Source of the DNA: Octopus vulgaris
Lineage: Eukaryota
Direction of reading: 5' to 3'
Assembly: GCA_951406725.2 (NCBI GenBank)
Contig: OX597833.1
Coordinates: 18,228,001 to 18,292,000, forward strand
Length of the DNA: 64,000 nucleotides
In this document: piece after piece, positions 56,656 through 64,000 of the stretch
Position numbering within the stretch: position 1 is the stretch's first letter
Layout: every line of letters begins with the position of its first letter
Notes under the pieces: generated by a model
Told to the model about the DNA's origin: nothing
Database searches by the model: none
The model's input: the letters and a program-made list of their open reading frames with translations, nothing else
Translations under genes and position numbers: made by a program

Positions 56656-56696
<41 letters not shown>

Positions 56697-57069
56697 GGAT
56701 GGATAGCACATGCACATACGCACACTCACACACACATACACTCATACACACACACATATACAAACACACACACCGTATAATGTTGCTTTAACGCAAACCC
56801 ACAAAAACAAAGCGAAAAAAAAGAAGAGAGGGAAAAAATCTCGAAAGGAGACGATATATATTTGTTTATCAATATTAAGATTAATTCATTTTTGTCAGTT
56901 GGTTATTTACCAAACGAGAAGCGTTAAACGAACGATACGGCAAAATTCGCCATAGTGTCACTACACACACACACACACACACACACACGTACACATGCAT
57001 GCATGTACTCATATAACATAGTGTGTGAATCTTGCTGTGTGTGTGTGTGTGTGTGTGTGTGTTTCCGTC

Positions 57070-57310
57070 TGTTTACTCAATTCGTGTGACTGCTATTGGC
57101 AAAATGGCGGCGGAACTTCTTTTTCATTTTGATTTTTTTTTTCATATTTCTTTCGGTAGGAGCAGGTTGGGAATGTGGGCTGCCAGACGATAATTACGAT
57201 GATGATGATGATGACGACGACAATGATGATGGTGGAGGATTGGTGGAGGGGGGTTGGGAGGAATTGGTAGCAGCAGTATAAAGGGGAAGAGTGGGAGAAG
57301 AGTTCAATGC
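57070..57310. promoter_or_regulatory. Promoter-like island ~2.2 kb upstream of the Fox ATG
   Basis: Non-repetitive segment with a YY1 consensus CAAAATGGCGGC (57100-57111), a forkhead-type TGTTTAC (57070-76), three ATTGG (reverse CCAAT) and a + strand TATAAAG near 57278. Motif inspection only. Confidence 0.35.
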
Positions 57311-57745
57311 ATAACTCGGTTGTAAGTGAACGGAATCCATTAGTGGTCGAGTAGGGTATCCCTTGAAATAGGCGCAAATTTTACCGACTATGGATCTCTA
57401 ATATGTCTGACTGCTTCTAGCTTTTGTTGTAGTAGTAGTAGTAGCAGCAGTTGTTGGTGTTGTTTTTCTTTTTTTATGTTAATCTATTCATGTTTTTTTT
57501 TTTCTTATGGCGTTCATGTCTTTGGTTTTGATGCTGGAAATTTATAGTAATTCCTATTTGTTTTTCTTTTTTGTATATTTTAGGCTTATTTTATGTGTTG
57601 AAATGTGATTTTTATTGTAGATAATAACTTTTATAAATATTTCATTTATATATGTTTCTATGTATGTATATATATATGTGTGTGTGTATGTGTGTGTTTG
57701 TCTGTATGTGTGTATACATACATATATATATATAAACATATATAC

Positions 57746-58128
<383 letters not shown>

Positions 58129-58207
58129 ATACATATTATATTTTGGGAAATTTGATTTAGTATTTCTAAATTGAATTTTTCCCTGTAAGTTTGGAATAAT
58201 ATTCCCT

Positions 58208-58991
<784 letters not shown>

Positions 58992-59130
58992 CTTTCCAGG
59001 CGCATGGTTCCGGGTTCAGTCCTACTGTGTGGCACCTTGAACAGATGCCTTCTATTATAACCTGGGGCCGTCAAACGTCTTGTGAGTGGATTTGGTAGAG
59101 GGAAACTAAAGGAAGCCTATCGTATATATA

Positions 59131-59170
<40 letters not shown>

Positions 59171-59392
59171 TGTTTGTGCGTGTGTGCGTTTGTCTCCACC
59201 ACCGCTTGACAGTCGGTGTTCTTGTGTTTATGTCCTCGTAACATAGAAGTTAGACAAAAGAAACTGATAGAATAAGCACCGGGCTTGAAAAAGTACAGGG
59301 GTCGACTCGTTTGACTAAACTTCTTCAAAGTGGTGCCCCAGCATGGTCACAGTCTAATGACTGAAACATGTAATATATATGTGCTTGCGTGT

Positions 59393-59433
<41 letters not shown>

Positions 59434-60800
59434 CGTATACATGTGTGTGTATATATATATATATAAAATATGCTGTTCAAAATTGTAAAGTAAGAGAAAA
59501 TAAATCTTGAGAATAAACACATTTCCATATTCTTAATAATTATTGCTAATATACACTCTAGACCAAAGGCTCTCAATCCTTTTGACCCTTGGAGTTACAA
59601 ATGAACCCCCACCCTTGAAAATCTTTTTTTTTTTTCCCAATATACCACTTATTTTGATATCAGCAGATAAGGATTAAAACGTCGTTTTACATATGCGCTT
59701 GTACGCATTCGTGAGTACAGATGTACAAATTGAAAGGCAAAAAAAAAAAAAGTGAAAACGAAATAATGAACTGAAATTTTGAAAATTGCGTTTATTTCCA
59801 CCACGCAACACTTATGAGATCGACGTGTTGTCTATCGAAAAAGTGCTCTTTGGTACAAGTAAATTCCAATGAAATCATTTCAAACCTTTCCGATTTCCCT
59901 TATCAAAACGACTAGAACTTGTGCATCAATCTGACATATAAGTTATTGTCACCCGGAAAGAGGATTTTTGTGCTCAAGAAAGAGTCCATTTGATAGAAAT
60001 TGTTGAAACACATATGTACCTCAGATGAGTAACAAATTATGGACGATGGTATTCATTGTACTGGATCTAATTAGTTTGAGTCACAAAATCAGCCCACTTT
60101 TAAAATGACGTAAAAAAAAGATCTGAAAATTTGTCATATTAAAACATTCATTTCTTATTCAGGTTCTAGTTTGTTTCATTCACAAAATCCGCATATTTTA
60201 AAAGGAAGTAAAAAATCTGAAAACTGGTTATCTTGATGCAGTTTTCCACGCTTATTCCTATCAAGTCATGAATTTCTGGAGAAAAAATTTGACACAAAAT
60301 TTTTTTTAATTCGTTGTTTTAAAATACGGACAGCCCGAATCCACCATTTGTTTCTCTGTATAATTTCCAAATTATTTTTAATGACCCCCTCCCCCGAGGA
60401 CCATATGTCCCCCGTTGGGAACCGTTGCTCTTGACAATATTACCGTCCAGCGAAGCGAACACGGAATAACCCATCGGCGAAATTTGTAGAGTGATTGACA
60501 ACGAATAGCAGTTACGGGCGTTAAATACGGGTTGACGTGGTTAGCCATAAATTGGAACTTAACCGTGGGCCACCACGGTATCTGCTCGGATAATAGATCC
60601 CTCCAAATTCACACACACGTACATATATTTATATATATAATATATGCGTGGCTGTGTGATAAGAAGCTTGCTTCCCAACCACATGGTTCTGGGTTCAGTC
60701 CCAACGCGAACCACCTTGGGCAAGTATCTTCTCCTATAGCCTCGGGCCGACCAAAATCGTGTGAGTGGATTTGATAGACGGAAACTGAAAGAAGCCCATC

Positions 60801-60839
<39 letters not shown>

Positions 60840-60924
60840 TAGAAGAAATAAGGTACTCAGAAATCTGGATAGTTTTATATTTACAGATTTTTATTAATAT
60901 GTCACATGTTTTTATAAATCATAT

Positions 60925-60962
60925 ATTAGCGCTTGCATCTACTCTAGTAGAATCTTCAGATT
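60925..60962 (-). ncRNA. Degenerate hammerhead motif
   Basis: Minus strand reads aat-CTGAAGA-t-TCTAC-taga-GTAGA-t-GCAA-GCGC-TA. GAAA is mutated to GCAA and stem III is the palindrome AGCGCT. AATAAA follows and the segment ends in a (TA)n tract. Confidence 0.45.
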
Positions 60963-62282
60963 TGAATGTGTTTGAGAGGATTCGTTTCTTTTTATAGTAT
61001 TATTGAGTGTGTAGGGGTGGGGAGAGATATAGGATAGTAAAAGAGGGTGAGGAATGGAGAGAAAGTGAGAGAGATGTGTGTGTGTGTTTTTGTGTGTGTG
61101 TGTATGTGTTTGTGTGTGAGGGTGTGTGTGTGTGTGTGTCTGTGTATCTGAAAGTAGTGTCAATGGAAAAGAGAAGGAAAGAAAGAAGGAAGAGAGAAAG
61201 AAGAAAAAATGTGTTTACATCTTTACAGCTGGTCAGTTCTTTCAATAGAAAGTGATGAGTTGATTCTTGGCCTTAAAAATGGCAAAACCAGGTGGCTACT
61301 CTAAGTGGGGGTCTTGATAAATGTTATTTTTCAAAAACATTGTCTGGATTTATTATCATCGTCATCATCATTGTCCCGTGACAGAGAGTGTGTGTGTTTA
61401 TACAGGTACTACAGAAACAGGAAGAAGAGTGAGAGAAATTTGTGAAAGAATACAGTAGGGTTCGTCACCATCCCCTACCGGAGCCTCGTGGAGATTTAGG
61501 TGTTTTCGCTCATTAAACACTCACATCGCCCGGCCTTGGTATCGAAACCGCGATCCTATGACTGCGAGTCCGCTGCCCTAACCACTGGGCCATTGCGCCT
61601 CCACGGTAAGTCAAAATATATGTAGGACGACAAGACAGGTGAAGGTATGGGTAAAACCAGTGAGAATCTATGTAAGTCAGCAAGTCCTTTAGCTATCTAG
61701 TGGAATGGGTTCAAGCCTGTGTAAAATATTATGACGTTTTGCTTTTAAGAAGTGGCCTCGATAAATTATAAATACTAGCAGAAAGACCTTGATAATATTT
61801 TCATATTTGATTCCCAATTCTCTTTTACTCTTTTACTAGTTTCAGTCATTTGACTGTTGCCATGCTGGAGCACCGCCTTTAGTCGAGCAAATCGACCCCA
61901 GGACTTATTCTTTGAAAGCCTAGTACTTATTCTATCGGTCTCTTTTGCCGAACCGCTAGGTTACAGGGACGTAATCACACGAGCATTGGGGTCGATCTAA
62001 TTGTTAGCGTGTCGAACAAAATATTTAGCAACATTTCTTCCAGTTTTACGTTCATAATTGAAATTCCGCCGAATTGAAATTCCGAACTTATCTGACAGTT
62101 TCATTTTAGTGTTCTTGTTTGTGAGAGCAGTCGAGTTTATTTCAGATATTCTCATGTTAAAAATCATCTCCGGCTAATTGTTCAGAGGATGTTGGTGGAA
62201 ATTTGCGCTCTTGTTTTAATATATTATAAGAAATATTGAATTTCTAAATCTCTCGTAGAGACATGTACGGTGGTGGGGCGAT

Positions 62283-62524
62283 AGAATGGTTGTATACTGT
62301 CAATCTAACAAGAACGTGACAGTAGGGGGTACACCACCGCTGTATAGCCCTAGGTAGCATCGAATGCCTCCTGATGGCTTTGACACATTTTTCCCTGTAT
62401 ATAAGGACACAGGGAAAAATGTGTCAAAGCCATCAGGAGGCGTTCGATGCTTCCTAGGGCCATACAGCGGTGGTGTACCCCCTACTGTCACGTTCTTGTT
62501 AGATTGACAGTATACAACCATTCT
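62283..62524. repeat. Near-perfect ~240-bp palindrome (fold-back/MITE-like)
   Basis: agaatggttgtatactgtcaatc...ttttccctgt mirrored by acagggaaaa...gattgacagtatacaaccattct, ~10-nt spacer, few mismatches. Confidence 0.85.
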
Positions 62525-63420
62525 TTTAATATATTGTTATCAATATATTAAACAGCATGCCATGCAAGATGCTTAGTGGCATTTCGTCTATCTCTACGAT
62601 CTGAGTTCAAGTTCTGCTGAGGTTGACTTTGCCTTTCATTCTTTTGGAGTTAATAAAATACGTATAAGCTGAGCATTGGGGACAATGTAATCAACTTATC
62701 CCCCTACTCTGAAATTGCTGGCCTTGTGCCAAAATGCGAAACCCAGACATTGTTATCAATTCGAAGATGATAAAATTAAAGTACGAGTCCTACAAAAATT
62801 TGCTGGCGTTGTTACTGATGAGTATATACTTCCATAGTTCATACTTTTGTCTTCATCAAATGACCGAACTTTGACCAAACATTGCTCGTAAAAATCAAGA
62901 GACATTTATTGACATTTACCAACACCTTTCGCTGATCAGACAGACATCCTTTTAAAATGATAACTACGACCATTTTGTATCGTCTGCCTTCGCTAATCTA
63001 CTCTATTCTTTACGTCTCGTGCCCAGCTTTCTCTGGAGATGTAGGAGGTGAGTTAGTGGAAGGGGGGTCCTTAGAGACGTTTGTGACTAGTTTTCATGCA
63101 TATTACCTGCGATTTGTATCTATTTAAGATCTGTTTACTTAATTCTTTTCAACTGTTAGCTCGTCGCCGAGCGTTTATCGGGTTCGGAAGATTATTTTGA
63201 AGTGTTGCGTCTGTCTGTCAGGTAGACAAGTCAGACACACCGACAGGTTAGGATACACAGGAATCTGAATTAAGTGGAAGCAGACAAGATAAAGGTAGGC
63301 GGGCGGGCGGGCGGAGAGGCAGGGAGGCAGGCAGGCAGGCCGGCCGGCTGGCCGACTTGCAGGAGTGAGCTAGAAGTATGCTGCTAATGACGTGAGTAAA
63401 TGGGCTGAACTGTCACTACG

Positions 63421-63481
<61 letters not shown>

Positions 63482-64000
63482 GCACACACACACACACACA
63501 CGTACACGCATTCATACCGTCACATCCAAACTTACATACCTGGTTCGTGGGCAAGATAAAGTGGGCAACAAATTGTAATTGACCATTTTAAAACTATCTG
63601 ATCTGTGAACGCAAATGAATCAGCATTAAATAAAAATAGCTATCTATGTATCATACTAAATGTATGTGCACCTATAGAAGGCATTTTTCTTACATATCGA
63701 AACGGGGCAAGAAAACTAGCTGAGTCCTTAGCATGTTGGAAACAATGCCTAGCAGAATTTCCTCCGACTTTTTAGTCGAGGCACATACTTTAGTGGTTAG
63801 AGTGTTGTACTCTTGAACATAAGATTGTGGTTTCGATTCCTCGACGGAGCGATGCGTTGTATTCTTGAGTAAAATACCTCATTTTTCATTGTTTGTATCC
63901 ACTCAGCTAGCAAAAATGAGTCCTGCGACGGACTGGTGTCCCATCCAGGGACGGGGGGAGAGGAGTACATACCCCGCAGAATTCAGAAAAGTGGCCCTAT

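Overview
Eukaryotic, AT-rich, microsatellite- and SINE-saturated DNA. The tRNA-derived SINE families look like those of Octopus (a coleoid cephalopod), which is an inference from recognition and not from a search. Two host genes are supported and point towards each other. (1) A three-exon FGF gene on + (10337-10499, 15090-15193, 16285-16470; 150 aa if the ATG at 10337 is used) with the canonical 104-bp middle exon and phase-compatible GT-AG junctions. (2) A 508-aa forkhead gene of the FoxQ2 type on - (54894-53368). The rest is mobile DNA: a decayed Helitron with an intact hairpin+CTAG end, non-autonomous Helitrons, a Tc1/mariner (maT-like) relic, a hAT transposase relic, two stacked R4/Dong-type retrotransposons ending in (TAA)n, an RTE 3' end, MITEs (one carrying a telomere-like array) and at least three SINE families. 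The least expected signal is a set of minimal type-I hammerhead-ribozyme motifs (CUGANGA-stem II-GAAA-palindromic stem III-UH) of the Penelope/retrozyme kind. One lies in an FGF intron, one ~240 nt past the FGF stop, and two sit back-to-back in a ~450-bp palindrome. A 728-bp-period retrozyme-like repeat also carries hammerhead parts in a non-canonical order. Several (TA)n tracts act as centres of inverted duplications. Most ORFs in the supplied track are microsatellite or SINE noise. Repeat boundaries are approximate and were read by eye.
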